NCBI RefSeq assembly: GCF_006345805.1 | Contig: NC_043003.1 | Coordinates: 31,434,001 to 31,498,000 of the forward strand | Source of the DNA: Octopus sinensis | Taxonomy: Eukaryota | Reading direction: 5' to 3' | Length of the DNA: 64,000 bases | In this document: positions 12,153-25,580 of the stretch, in pieces | How the letters are laid out: every line of letters starts with the position of its first letter | How positions within the stretch are numbered: position 1 is the stretch's first letter | Program-made: the position numbers and the translations under genes | The notes under the pieces: generated by a model | Told to the model about the DNA's origin: nothing | Database searches by the model: none | The model's input: the letters and a program-made list of their open reading frames with translations, nothing else

Positions 12153-13489
12153 CTACTGTCCTTGATTTGCAATAACTTAGAGATCGATTGATTTAACTCT
12201 GTATCTAGCAGTGTGTTCTGTCAATGGCTGAGACCATCTCGTACATACTTATCACTTTGTTGACCAGTGGAAGGAAATAATAGGTATGTCAAATTTCCCC
12301 CATAAATATAGCTACGTGTTATTCCAATCACCTAATAACATAAACGAACACAGAACTATAGGCATCAATACCACTTAATGTGTCAAGGCATATGTAAAGA
12401 AAAATGCATAAGTTTTAATTATGTAAGCAAAATACGGTGACCTGTACCACATGCTCAGCCAAAGATGGCCTCAATGCCTGGGGAATAAAAATGTGTATTC
12501 TCGATAAAAGAAACTCGTGAATACTTGTGACATTTATTGTTTTTTCAAGTCAATTTATTCCTGTCGATTCAAATTTGGTAAGCGTTGTGTTAGCATTGGT
12601 CAAAATCGAAAAGAATTTCGAACGCTTTTATAATTTAGTCTAATTTGTGGACTTTCACCTATATTTCAATTTATTGAAATTTATTAGTGAGCTATACAAG
12701 GACCTATATACGGAAACGCATATAAAACATTTTGTGTTAAGCGCGTTGGTCTTGTGCACAACATAGCATTGATGATGTAATGCATACGACAATCAATACG
12801 ATATTCTCATCAACGTCATAAGCTGTGGGTGGTTTCTTTCGCTAGACAATATTAATGTAAACTAAGTGAAATGCTTCAAACAAGGAATGAAAATCAGTTT
12901 ACAAAATCTCTAGCGATGTTAGATTACCTTTGCTTAATATCTGAGCGAGCAGAAAAAAAAAGAATGATCGCAATTGTTAATTAAATAGCAACAGTTCATT
13001 ACGTATTTCCTATTTTGTTCTCAGTGTTTAGAATTTTATTGCTCTCAATAAAAATTATGTTTGCAAAGGTTTTCAATTAGACCAGCATTTGTAGCTTTGT
13101 AGCTTTCAATAAAATGAATAAAATTGTGTTATGTGTCCTGGAAATTCTTTGAAAATGGATTTTAACTGAAATGTTCAACTGGAAATTGTAGCTTTTCCTC
13201 CTTAATCTTTTGGTTTTGAATTTTAGTATAGAAAAATTACTTTGTGAACTGATCCCTGCTGAGAATTTAACAATGCTGGTGAGTGATAAAATAGTCAGCT
13301 AAGGGGTATAGTGAAATATTTTAATAAAACGCTGTTGCATAGGTCTAAGTATTTAAGGAGTATAATTTCCTGTAAGCCGTATTGCCTCATGGCCCCAGCA
13401 GAAAAGGCGGTACCCTGGAGGATGGATAGTCTTGTAGTTAGCTTATATATTCGAAGAAATTGTTCAGAAGTATCCATCTATCCATCAAT

Positions 13490-13538
13490 ACGTCCATCGA
13501 TCGATCGATCGATCGATCGATCCATCCATCCATCTATC

Positions 13539-13601
<63 letters not shown>

Positions 13602-13640
13602 CTCTCTCTCTCTATCTATATATATATCTACCTATCTATC
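13490..13640. repeat. compound microsatellite (TCCA)-(ATCG)n-(TCCA)-(TCTT)n-(TC)n-(TA)n
   Basis: Seen directly. Confidence 0.95.
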
Positions 13641-13706
13641 TATAAACGTATATATAATGTCTGTATTTGTGTTTGTATGTGTATGTGCAGACCACACAGC
13701 AGATCA

Positions 13707-13785
13707 AGTATTTCTTGCTTTCTAGTAGTTCTTGATTTCTAGTATTTCTTGCCTTCTAGTATTTCTTGCTTTCTAGTATTTCTTC
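13707..13785. repeat. 17-bp minisatellite, about 4.6 copies (agtatttcttgctttct)
   Basis: Units start at 13707, 13724, 13741, 13758 and 13775. Confidence 0.9.
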
Positions 13786-14894
13786 AGAGATGGAAATTAA
13801 CTTACAAAAATATTGAACAATATTTACATTAATGACCTAAGAGAAAACAATAATTGAGGAAAAGAAAAAAGTCAAAGTGAAATAAAATCTGGCTTGGAGA
13901 AGTAATATGAAACATATATGTCTAACGGATTTTCTAATTAACCATTACATGAAAAGCCTTGAACGGATATTTATATAGAGGATAAAATAATAGAAACATC
14001 TGGTTATAGAACAATGGAAAGGATGACAGAATGTAAGGAAGTGAGAAGGAAAGAAAGACTGCGAGAAAGAAAGAAAAGGGGAGGCATTTCACATGGTTTA
14101 CTTGCGTCTTAAACTATTTAAATTAAATGCTAAATTTTTCTAGGATTTATTACAATTTATTACTGTCTGTCTGATTGTCTGTCTGATTGTCTGTCTGTCT
14201 CTCTATCATATATTTGAGAAAATTCTGTGTATTTCAATGTTATTTCGCCATCTCTGTCTTTGCATATAGTTCCTATCGATTGCTTCTAAGTCGACAGCAA
14301 AGGCTTCAATCTCCGTGTTTTAATTTTCTGCTTCTCCTTGTCTCTCATTGAAAGTTTTGCTGCTTCCAGACTCGTCCATCTTCCTTTCTCTATCTTCCAA
14401 AATTCGACTCTTTTTTTATCTCTTTGTGTTTTGTTCAACCATATCTCCGTTCCTCTTATTCAATCGACACTTCATCTCTTTGTTTTCGTTTATCTTTTAG
14501 TGACTTGGCGCTATTAATTTCTCTTCCTATTTTCTCTTCCCTCAATCTAATTTTTCAAACTTCTCTTACTGCCAACATCCTTCTATTATTATCATCTCTT
14601 ACTTACCCTCGTCAATCTCTCCTACTTTTTTCCACTTCTCCGTCATTCTGTTTTTAATTCATTTTAATTAATTTAAGCGCGAAATAAAATTTTTGTGGAT
14701 GAGAGTTAAAATTACAGCCACTAACAAATATAATTTTCCATTTTATTACCGATTCCTGCATGAATTAAAATGAAATAAAAGTTAAACAGAAATTCATGAA
14801 ATACGACTTTAAATATAAAATGTAATTGCTAGGTAAAAAGGTGAAAATAAAAGCTGGAGTATAAGCGTTAAGAATCGAATTAAACTGCAATAAA

Positions 14895-15295
14895 CAGTGA
14901 CGAAAATTCTCACCAATGCCATACTATTCTCTGAGGCAACGGACGCAAGAGTCGTAAAGTGTAGTCACCCTAATTGCGGAAAATGTCCCAATCTGTTGGA
15001 AGGATCGGGATTCCATATCAGGCAAGGAAACATATTCATGATCACCTGCACCTTCCAAAACCTCATCTACGTAATTAGATGCTTGAGCTGACATTGAAAT
15101 TTTAGTGGATCAACAGACAAAAAATTTCCTCCCCATAATGTCGTCAAATATACCTCAGTAAACACATTGACGAATATGCAGAACGATTACAACCACAATG
15201 CGAAATTTTCCCATTTTATCAACTTGCCTCTGGACCTCACGTCTGAATAAAGAAGTCTCATTTATCCAAAAATATAAACCAGAATGAAATATGAA
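14895..15295 (+). pseudogene. Penelope-like element GIY-YIG endonuclease C-terminal remnant
   Basis: KCSHPNCGKCPNLLEGSGFHIRQGNIFMITCTFQNLIYVIRC (Cys-rich pre-GIY segment plus NLIY), then in shifted frames YLSKHIDEYA..EIFPFYQ and RLNKEVSFIQKYKPE*N; typical of PLE EN ends. Confidence 0.75.
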
Positions 15296-15678
15296 ACTTT
15301 ATTAAAAATAAAGGACTTACCCCATCGAATGGAAGATGTAAGCCAGAATAAAGCAGAGAATATACAAAACAAAAAAATAACTACAGATTTACTTCTCTTG
15401 TACTACTGCAAAATAAATGAGTGAAAAATTATGTTCCTAGCAATGTTTTCCCTAGCAATTTTACCTCTTTCAATTCTCACTTTGATGAACAATACGAAAC
15501 CGGCCCTTACTTGAATTATCTTGGAAGTACAAAACCTTATTTTGTACAAAATTGTATAATCTCTTTATTATAATGGCTGTAATATACTCTTAAATCCTGT
15601 AAAACAGATCTGTGTTTTTTCATCTTATCTTTCTCTCTATTTATATCCACTACGTGTGTTTCCCCACTGAAATATTTC

Positions 15679-15714
<36 letters not shown>

Positions 15715-16543
15715 TTCTGCTTTCATAATGATAGATAAATTATTTATCGAAACTGCCTTTCTCGGAAATAGGAAAGACTGAGACGATGTCTTAATATTTG
15801 TCAGTGCAATGATAGAAGCACTCGCAATATCTTCTTCAATCAATTACGCCAATCCCACCACTCCCACTGACCGTCACCACCACAACTACTACCACCATCC
15901 CCCCACGCAATAATATGAATGGACTATATGACGTAAGTTCCAGCTTCCATTGAGCTAAACCACTTTAAACCACCAGCTGCTGGCAAGGCAATATAATCCG
16001 TACAACATGTAATTTCTGATTATAAATCCTGCAAGTCATTCAGACAATTTATTCAAATTCACAGCTGGCTACAATTATCTTGTATTGTTAGAACATAATT
16101 CCTAAATATATATCCCGATGTCAGTGAGTTAATCCACTTAAATCTTCAATAGGAGACAGTCCAAGTAATGGCTATAACATATAATTATTCTAACTGTTCA
16201 GATGTCACCGTGTTAAGCATATTAAATACAGAAATCCTGTGACTATATTCAAGAAAAAAACAAACAAGCATCCAGGTATGTTAGCTGACCATGAACTGAG
16301 AAAAATATCTTAGTATCCGGAAAAAAAGAATCTTTTTTGGAAAATCCGATTATGTAACAATTATTATATTGAAATATTCTGCTCTAAACAGTACTAGTTG
16401 ATAGAGGATTTTAGTGTCATATGCCATGGGATCGCTGGAACCACTTAAAACTTTAACTTTGTGTTAGTGTAGCAGAAGAAACGAGGTAATTTCTGCTAAA
16501 CATTGCCAGCCAGCGAAACACATGTCAATTATACAAAATCCAC

Positions 16544-16760
16544 GAAGGCGGTACTGGCAGAATCGTTAGAATGTCGGACAAAAAGCTTAGTGGAATTTCT
16601 TCCAACTCGTTATATTATGAATTCAAATTCCGAAAAGTTTGACTTTGCATTTTATCCTTTCAGGGTCGATAAAATAAGTGCTAGTTGAGGCACAGGGGTC
16701 GATGTAATCGACTACACCCATCCCCTAAGATTTCAGACCTATTGCTATTAGTACAATTCA
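16544..16760 (+). mobile_element. SINE family B copy
   Basis: Head aaggcggtactggcagaatcgttag; core tatcctttcagggtcgataaaataagtgctagttgag. Confidence 0.85.
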
Positions 16761-17573
16761 TTATTTACGTTGAAAATTCAAGTCAAACAATGAGTCCTTA
16801 TGTAATAGCTTGATCTGCTAGAAATAATAACCACATCTCTTCAAATGACTCCCTCAGTTTAAAATTAAGGTGGACAAAGTAAATAAGGAAGCCATAGATT
16901 CATTATCTGCGGATAGATGGAATGAAAATAGCTGGAACAATTTTGAAAATATGTCTACTTGGCAGCTCATCCGGAAGAAAACAATATTATAACATGATCC
17001 GCAATTATACGACTAAATATCTGAGATGACTTAAAGTTATGTAGAAACCTTTTGTACCGTTAATTGCATTTTCTGCTCTTTTGTTTCTAAATTGTAATAT
17101 TGCCAGCTGCCCTCTAATTGTTTCTACTAATTGTCACATGCCTCATATAACGTGGTATGAGCTTACCAGGTCTGTAACCTTGATGGTTCGGAAACCAAAG
17201 CTGTGTTTTTGTATGCCGCTTGTCATAAATATATATTGTTCAGGCCGAAATTGTACTCCCGAATCTACGAAATAGCGATCTATTATTGGAAGGATATCTA
17301 TATGAAATGGTGGTTTAATAATGCCGCTCAGGTGGAAAAAATGTACGTAACTGTAGCAAATTCAGTAGCTGATGAGGAATATAATTCAAACATACCAGTG
17401 AAAAAAATGATATTATGTTCCACTAAAAGAATCCAAGATTAATAGCATTACAAATTTACCTGCATATTATCACGATGACTAGACCAAAGCAGGTCATGAA
17501 TCATTGTCAGTTAACGGCACAATGTGATTGGTAGTTCTGAATTGTAGGTCCTTCTGCTGCTACTCCGAGTATA

Positions 17574-17665
17574 CAATCGATACCAATGTCTTCTTTATAA
17601 CTCCTCTATATAACCCAATCGATACCAATGTCTTCTTTATAACTCCTCTATATAACCCAATCGAT
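17574..17665. repeat. perfect 42-bp tandem duplication (2.2 copies)
   Basis: caatcgataccaatgtcttctttataactcctctatataacc at 17574 and 17616, partial copy at 17658. Confidence 0.95.
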
Positions 17666-19854
17666 TTTAGATTTCTATGGCAATCAGTTGAATACAATGA
17701 ATAACTGAAAGAAATACAATATACAATATAGCTTAATTGCGAAAAGTCTTTTTTTTTTTTTCCAGACTTTGAAAGCAGGGTGCGAAATGTTAAATGAAAG
17801 TAAATTTTAGTAAGAACATATCTCAAGATTGAAGTTGTTAATAACCAGAATTTATAACTTCTATTTTCTCTACATCAAATTACTGATCTATTAAGATATT
17901 GTTCATGCGACTAGTGAGAGATATTCTCTAAGAAAGATGATTGCTATTACCGTTTTTATTTTCGATGCCTGATAATGTGACACTCCCAAACCAAGTAACA
18001 CACCCAATGGGATATATTCTGGCTTATAAAGATTCGTGAAAAAATAAATTCTACAACAATAATCAGGTTTCTAGGAGCTCAGCAATTTCAATTTTTTATA
18101 AGGCCAGTGATGTTTTGCATTGTGACACCCAAGAATTATATAATATTACCGTCATTCATAGCAATGAATCATACCTCTTTACTCTGTTCTTTGCCATTTA
18201 TGGTAACAATCAACGCTAGGAGATGGCGAGACTCGGAAACCAGGTATTTACGTCTACGGTCTTAATTGATAAGTCTTTTCTTTAATGTTTTATATAGTTT
18301 AAAATGTCACTTAGATTTAAATCCAAATCACTCTGTTATTATCAACATGATTTCAGAACACATCGAAATTACTGTTTTTCTTGTCTTTTTCTTTACAGTT
18401 CGCACACTAAGCATAACAGTGAGTTGTATCTATAAACAAAAATGTTACCGAATTACAGATATGTGCTTTGGTTTATGGAGGAACACTATGTAAGTTCTTG
18501 AGGTAAGCCAAACGTACAAACCAATTACTTAGCTAGGAATATTGAGAACGATGCTGGGGTGAAAGGTACACCTGAACTGAAAGATGACTATTATTTCCTT
18601 TGGATTTTGAGTTCAAACCCCGTCATAATAAATGCTTTGCTATTTATATCCATTGGAATACGATTTAAAATAAAGAACAGAAAAAATAAAATAAAACAAA
18701 TACAGCCACCATGTACCGAAGTTGATTAAACAGGCTGTATCATTTCCTTACAAAATTATGGCGGCACTGTGTCAATATAAGAAATCTCCATAGCAATCTA
18801 GAATATAAATTCAGAGGAAATTAGATAAAACCAAGAAGTGTTTTACAGATTAAAGAAAAATAAAAAAAAGAACTATAAATTATAGGAGAAATCTACAAAA
18901 TATGTATCAAAGTTTATATATAAGCAACTGATATATTTCTTTATTAATTCTGCTGTTTTTTTATATTTTAGATAGACTTTTTCCCCAGAAGTAATTCAGA
19001 ATAAAATATGAAGAAAAACTTGTATGGTTTCCCATATAAGATATTCAAATTGATTTTCCTTTCTCGAAATTTAAATACTCCATTCTTTATATTGCCAAAT
19101 ACGTATATTTAATTTCTCTCTCTCAACCCCCCCCCCCCATTCGTAGTACTTCTCTTTTATTCATCTCTTTTATACACTCACTCTCTGTCTTTTTTTTACT
19201 AAAACATTAATTCACTATTCATTTCACTCTCTGTCTCTCTCTCTCGCTCTTTCTAGCTAGCTAATGGAATAGTGAAATAATATTGACAAATACAGTTGCA
19301 CTACGGACAAACGTCTTCGTAGCATTTATTTACGTCCCTCTACAGTCTAAGTTCAAATCCTGAGGAGGTTGGATTGCGACGGCACTGTGTCAATATCTGT
19401 TACTTATTTTATCGATCCTACTGGTATCAGAAATCTAAGTAATAGCTGAGACTTGTGATCGATGTAATCGACGACAACCCTCACTAAAATATTGTAAGCT
19501 TGAAGTCAGTATATGTTTGTCTCTGCAGGATAAAAACAATCACATTGGCAAGTATAAATTGGAATGTATTTCCTGTTTTGAGTTGAAGGTATATTAATCC
19601 AGTAAAGCTTTGCTGAAGGCAAAAGTGTGACACTTTCTTACTGTTTTCTTCAATCTAATTCCATTACAGCGATAGATAGAAAGATAGATAGATAAAAAAA
19701 TGTATTCTATAATATTAAAACTTGATATCACGATCATTAAAAACGTTCAAAAATTTTAGGTACTTTTAAATAAAGCAAAAATCTGTACACACTAGAGGAG
19801 GACGTATACACCTAACACGTTATCAACTGCATAGTACAAAGGTACATGACGTTT

Positions 19855-19998
19855 AACACAAATGTACATTATTTATATTTGACGGATATTTGTCCTCTTC
19901 TTGATTGTTGTTAACACAACGTTTCGGCTGATATACACTCCAGCCTTCATCAGATGTCTTGGGGAAATTTCGAACCTGGGTTCTCATTCCTAAGGTAT
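19855..19998 (-). mobile_element. PLE pLTR-like / non-autonomous repeat carrying a hammerhead, abutting (TAA)n
   Basis: About 140-bp block next to the (ATT)n tract at 20005-20070; contains the minimal hammerhead listed next. Confidence 0.7.
19913..19958 (-). ncRNA. minimal type I hammerhead ribozyme motif
   Basis: Minus strand: gacau-CUGAUGA-a-GGCUG(gaguguauau)CAGCC-GAAA-CG-U-U|guguu; stem I gacau/guguu, stem II 5 bp, palindromic stem III ACGU. Confidence 0.8.
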
Positions 19999-20005
19999 TT
20001 TTCAA

Positions 20006-20065
<60 letters not shown>

Positions 20066-23000
20066 CATTATTGTTGTTGTTGTTGTTGTTTTTGTTGTTG
20101 TTGTTGTTCTAGAACTGTATTATTTAATACAAATACCTACAATAACATTAACCACGAAATTAATGACCGTGATAAGTAAAGAAGATAACAGAAGTAAAGT
20201 GTTTGTAAATCTTTAAGAATACTCGGAAATCTTCGGCAGAAGCTCAAATGGATGTTTAAAAATCCTTGTAAATGTGGACCACATTTGTTAGCAAATAAAT
20301 TCTACATGACATTAATGTAAAAACCATTGGATTAAGACAAGGGAATTACTAACATTAAATCGATGTTGTCAAATTTTATCCATCATTTCCAGGTACCAAC
20401 ATCACCAGTGGTTCAGGATTTCAAATGATATATTGTGATTATAGCCATTGTGGTGTCAATGTAACCATTCACACTAAGAAGCCAGTGGCTTTTAAGTAGG
20501 GTTCCCCATAATTGAAAGACGGTAATGATGGTGGCACGGACTATTATGATGAAGCAGACGTTCTCGATCTTGTTGAATTAAACTGAATTAACTTAAATCT
20601 AGATTTGACAACTTGAATGGATGTGACACGCCTGTAATTTCAACTAGCCTTAATGGACACAAGAAAGATAAAATACAGAAAGTTCTAATTAGCGATTTGG
20701 AGTAATAATGACTACATATAACAGAACGGTAGCTGATTTCCTACTTGTCACCTTACATACCTCATAATTCTGACTCTTCAAATGAAACAGTTAATTCAGC
20801 AACGAGGACTTAAATTTCGAGCGTTGCTTCGTTTGGTCGTTATTGTAATATTGTGAAATGCGAGGACATCATTGCAATTCACCTACTCCTTGGAGTTTTG
20901 AACGTGACATATAATTCTGCGTTTTGTTTTTTTCTTTGTTTACGATTCTTAATTAACATTTCACACATGAATCATGGAAAATCAACTAGATGCACATTGG
21001 AGTCGTTTCTCTTCGCATTGCTAACGCTGCTATATTTTTTAGCGCATTGCGAATAATTTTCAGGACTTTGTTATGCTATCTTGAGAATTTTTCGAAGGAT
21101 CACTTGCATCACGTTAGAATATGCACCAACGTTGTGTAGCCCGCATATCGGAAGTTGTAAGGATAGTAGTGATTCCAATCACTCTGTTTTAGATTGGCTC
21201 TTGCTGGAAGTGCATTGTACCCTACTCTATGAAGAAAGGCGACCTAGCTGTCTATTTCCTGTACAGTATACAATATGATTATATCTTTGCTCAAATTTTT
21301 TTCCATGCTCAATGCGGAGTTCTACCTTCCGAAATAGTAATTTTGCTGCAATGTATACTTGAATCTGCCGCTTTACCTCTTCGGGTAGGATACCAAGTCT
21401 AATTTTACTATTTTGACCTGATTACCATTAGTTCCATTTGCATATCAATCAACATCGAGTGATTATCCTTTCAATTCCAGTTCAAACTCTGCACGCTCCT
21501 TCATGTAAACCCTATTAAAATAGTCTTGTGATGAATGGTCCCCACAGTATCATGTGAAGGCGAGATTACACATTAAAATCTACTATTCCTACCAACAACT
21601 ATAAGATCCATTGACCGTACGTAACCAGCAATAATAATATAATAAAATTTAGACTAGTTAAAATATGTTTTTGAGATATTTCAACTCCTAATATACAAAT
21701 TCACTGCATTTAATGTGGAGAAAATATCTTTCTTACGATAAAATGTTGTGAAAACACCCGGTTTGTTCAGTGTCGCAATCTATAAGGAATTCCAAACATC
21801 GATGTTTCGAGTTTTTTGATTCTTGTCAATAGAAAGTACCCAAGAGCAGCAACCCTGAACAAGCTTATAAAGCAATAGCTTTATGTAAAATTCAGTCAGC
21901 AACGTTGACTGATTTGCGCTGTTTAGTAGCAATTTATTAGTAATTTCCCTATATTTAACAACTATAATCTATATTCCACCGGTAACAACAGTCGTTCAAT
22001 ATAAATATTTCCCTCTTTCCCATCAAAAGTAACCTGGCCATTTCTATGCATTTGTAGCTTATAGATCGTAACTAATTAGAACGAAGCAAAGCAGCGTTCC
22101 TCCTCTGGTTATCAATAAAAATCCTGATTTCGACAACACAGCAGTTCAACATGTTTTAATTACAAAGGGCAGTTTGAGCATTCAATAATCCAGAAGGGTT
22201 TAATGGTTAGTTAATAGCTCGACGTTTTGCTGTGATATGTTTCGGACAACAAAAAAGAAGCATGGGTGCACAAGATTAAGGCATTCAAGCGTAGAGTTAC
22301 ATCACATCATTCGTTTTTCCCTGGCAAGGTTTAAGTTGTTTTTGTTGCTTATCCACAGGTCAGCCTTATGATTTAAAACAGATTTGCTTGTTAAATATTG
22401 CAGCTCGAGTAATCACGAAGGCGATTCTTCGTTGAACTGAGCAGAAACATGAGGCGCATTGGTTATTGGAGAGTGGAATGATCTCGATGAACTTGGTTAG
22501 ATTTAATAAAACGTAGTTTTAAAGAGCAAGGAGGAGAAAGAATGGACGTTGGGAAATATAAATCACCTACCTTCCTCCTCCACACTTACTACATGGGTGT
22601 GCCGTTCATATAGTATTTCACTGCCAGGATCAGAAAATGTTTCGCTGCGAAGCATTTCTTCAAAGCGCTTCAATTAATCTAATACTAAAGTAAGCTTTAA
22701 TTAGGTGGGAAGCTGTTCATTTTACTACAATAGACATCATAAAAATTCAAAAGTGCAATCAAATTGCCTGAATGCAGTTGCAGATGCATCACTTTCTGTA
22801 ATTTCAACGACAAATTCCTCACAAAAAACGCTGGTGTTTGCAGAGGGTATATAAGGAGGATGAAAAGCGAAATATATACAGCGCACATGTCTTTTTAATT
22901 TATAAGTAGATTTAGTTCCACATCATTATTTCAGTACGTCAAGGAACTGAACAATAATAGACTTGGAGATAAAGCATCATGGAAACAACAACCCTATAAT

Positions 23001-23569
23001 CAAACTGTTCAAAACGATGCATCATAGGTCTGTCATCATAGGTCTGGCCGGTCATCCTGATCCACAAAATCTTCAAGTTTTTAAATTGCGAGATAATGAT
23101 TATGAACAAATAACTATTAACAAATTCTGTTACTGGATGCATAACCACTCACACCAACTAATCCCAATTATCTTGCAATACTAATATAATAATAATTTTG
23201 TGTTGCGCTCTATTATATATTTAACTACTATTAAATGTTGCACTGTACAGACGTTTCTCTCATGCAACAAGACCAACATTTGATGTGACTATATCTCGAA
23301 AGATATAGTCAGATATTAACCTTCCAATTCTCTTCATAGACTTGGTTAGGTCTGAGCATTGCAAAAGGGAATAACATATGATGTTGTCCATGTTTCGTTG
23401 CCCCATATATTCCAGTGAATTCCTACATTTATATTTTTTAAATCTTGAAACCGCTCAGATAACTAGAAACTGAGTGAAGCATCCATTTTGAAAATTACTC
23501 ATACATAAGAACATACACACACACACGTAAATATATACAAATGCATACATGTATGTATATATATATGTA

Positions 23570-23905
23570 TGTATGTGCAAGACCCTGCCTCAGTAAAGCT
23601 GGACTCAAGAGTCATCTTCGTAGTCATAAAACGAGACAGATGAGTGACAACCTGGCCACTGGTGGTGGTGTAACACACCATACTAATCATATATGTCGGA
23701 CATGTGGAAGAGAGTGTAATTCGGTAGGAGGACTTAAACGACATGCAAAGGTATTACCGGCTATTACCGGTAAAGGTTTTAGTTGCCAATTCTGTACAAG
23801 ACATTGTAGATCTTTAGCTGGGCTAAAAAGTCACATTCGATCACAGTACCAGTAACAGTTAAGCTTCGTGCAATGGCCATACTCGATAACGAGAGGGCAT
23901 CCATA
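23570..23905 (+). mobile_element. 5'-truncated RTE-clade LINE 3' end with three C2H2-like fingers and short 3' UTR
   Basis: CARPCLSKAGLKSHLRSH, CRTCGRECNSVGGLKRH and [21 protein letters not shown] fit the CxxCGRxCxSxxGLxSHxRxH pattern of RTE ORF ends; no TGEKP linkers; a short UTR is followed by a microsatellite tail. Confidence 0.7.
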
Positions 23906-23910
23906 AAAAA

Positions 23911-23914
<4 letters not shown>

Positions 23915-23987
<73 letters not shown>

Positions 23988-24019
23988 TGTATGTATGTAT
24001 GTATGTATGTATGTATGTA

Positions 24020-24052
<33 letters not shown>

Positions 24053-24080
24053 ATGTATGTATGTACGTATGTACATATAT

Positions 24081-24112
<32 letters not shown>

Positions 24113-24130
24113 ATATATATATATATAATA
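23915..24130. repeat. (TA)n-(TATG)n-(TG)n compound microsatellite
   Basis: Seen directly; one of many such tracts (e.g. 28795-29060, 30460-30710, 42540-43110, 47060-47290, 54665-54865, 55190-55740) that generate the YIYI/HTHT ORFs. Confidence 0.97.
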
Positions 24131-24196
24131 TATGGCAAATGAAAGTCGGAAGACGGAATATATGAGAATTTTTATTATTAATCACGACAATTATTA

Positions 24197-24303
24197 TTAT
24201 CACGGCAATTGTTTCGGCACATCTAGTATCGATCCCTCACGATTGGGACACTTAACTGGTTCAGAAGCATCCGGTGGTGCTGATGTATCTCATCGGGTGA
24301 TAA
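24197..24303 (-). ncRNA. decayed type I hammerhead ribozyme (two core substitutions)
   Basis: Minus strand: uuaucac-CCGAUGA-gauacauc...gaugugcc-GAAA-CAAUUG-C-C|gugauaa; perfect 7-bp stem I; U4>C and U16.1>C. Confidence 0.7.
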
Positions 24304-25429
24304 ACAGATACGACTCGTTAAAATAAGAGTTCCGCAATGTATCTTCTCATTTCATAGAATGAAAAGCAGCAAAACGAAGGAAAAGCGAGGGAAGTGTTAA
24401 AAATAAACGTTAACAGATATGGATGTATAAACGCCCACGCGCTAGTTGCATGTCGGGTGCACACTCGCTCATACAAGCATCCGCGAGAATGAAATGTAAG
24501 CATATGCACACGTGTGGTCTGGTGCACTCACGATCACAAAGCGAGTTAAAAAATGCTACTTGGTGTCTCTAAGAATGGAGAGGTGAAAGTGAAACTTAAT
24601 TCATTCATACATTAAAGTAAATTATAGAAATAGCTACTCAAATTTGTGTTGCAGGATTCCTGATGTGAAGTCGTGTGTTAAAACAGAAATTGTCGTGTTT
24701 CGGGACGGTTTTGTTTTGCCAAATAAACACACGCACTATATATTCGTTGTTCACTCGTTTATTACTGTTCTTATTCTAAATTATGTCCATTGTCCAGAAG
24801 TCTTTAGTCACAGAGTGTATTTTCTTGCACTGTTTATTCCAAGAACAGGAAGTGTATACATACAAAATTTCAAAGGAAATGAAATTAAAAGAGTAACTCT
24901 TAGTGGTCAATAGCATAAATGTAGGTGCAAAAGAAATAAAGGTTAATTCTAAATACCATAAAAGTAGATTATTTATTTATTGAAACTATTTTCGCCTCGA
25001 GAGAAATTTGCTGCAATTCTGACCGGCTCTGAATACGAAGAGGATACAGTTTAAAGGAATCAAAAACATTCCGGACTTAGTACACCACTGAGGAAAAAAC
25101 AGTTTGGTCGTTTTCAGGAGACAAGAGAACAGGCGTAAACACGTATTTCTGCGTCAATAGGTATCATCAGCAAAGCAGTTGTCTTTCCTTGACTCAAACC
25201 AGGTATGTATATATGTATGTATATATTTATGTGTGTGTATCTATGTATAAATGAATTGACATTATCCCTTATCAGTACGTGGTAAATAAAATACGCACAA
25301 TCAAATTATTTTATCGATTTAACCGATTGTAGCGTCTATGACATATTTGAGGTTCCTTGTAATTTTGTTTTAAATGAAATTATCATTATCATTTTTGTGA
25401 TCATTACATCTATGCCGCCGCTACTTCTG

Positions 25430-25532
25430 CTATTGAAGTGAATTGTCTGTTACTAGCAATAGAGTGGGGGAGTGAGAGAAGGACCATCGTACGACGGTAA
25501 AGAAGAAGCAGTAGTAGAAAATACAAACATAG

Positions 25533-25580
<48 letters not shown>

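Noticed and set aside
16500-16530. GAAACACAUGUC as a hammerhead 3' half
   Set aside because: No CUGANGA upstream.
17170-17442. LDGS...YWKD as an LRP/YWTD exon
   Set aside because: Spacing and intervening residues do not fit the repeat, and no convincing splice sites were found.
17574-17665. 42-bp direct repeats as a CRISPR array
   Set aside because: The copies abut with no spacers, there are only 2.2 units, and the context is eukaryotic with no cas genes.
22630-22670. uUGAAGA...GAAAC on the minus strand as a hammerhead
   Set aside because: Needs at least 5 reversions, with no stem I or stem III.
23541-23855. Host C2H2 zinc-finger gene
   Set aside because: No TGEKP linkers, RTE-type finger pattern, and a retro-type UTR and tail.
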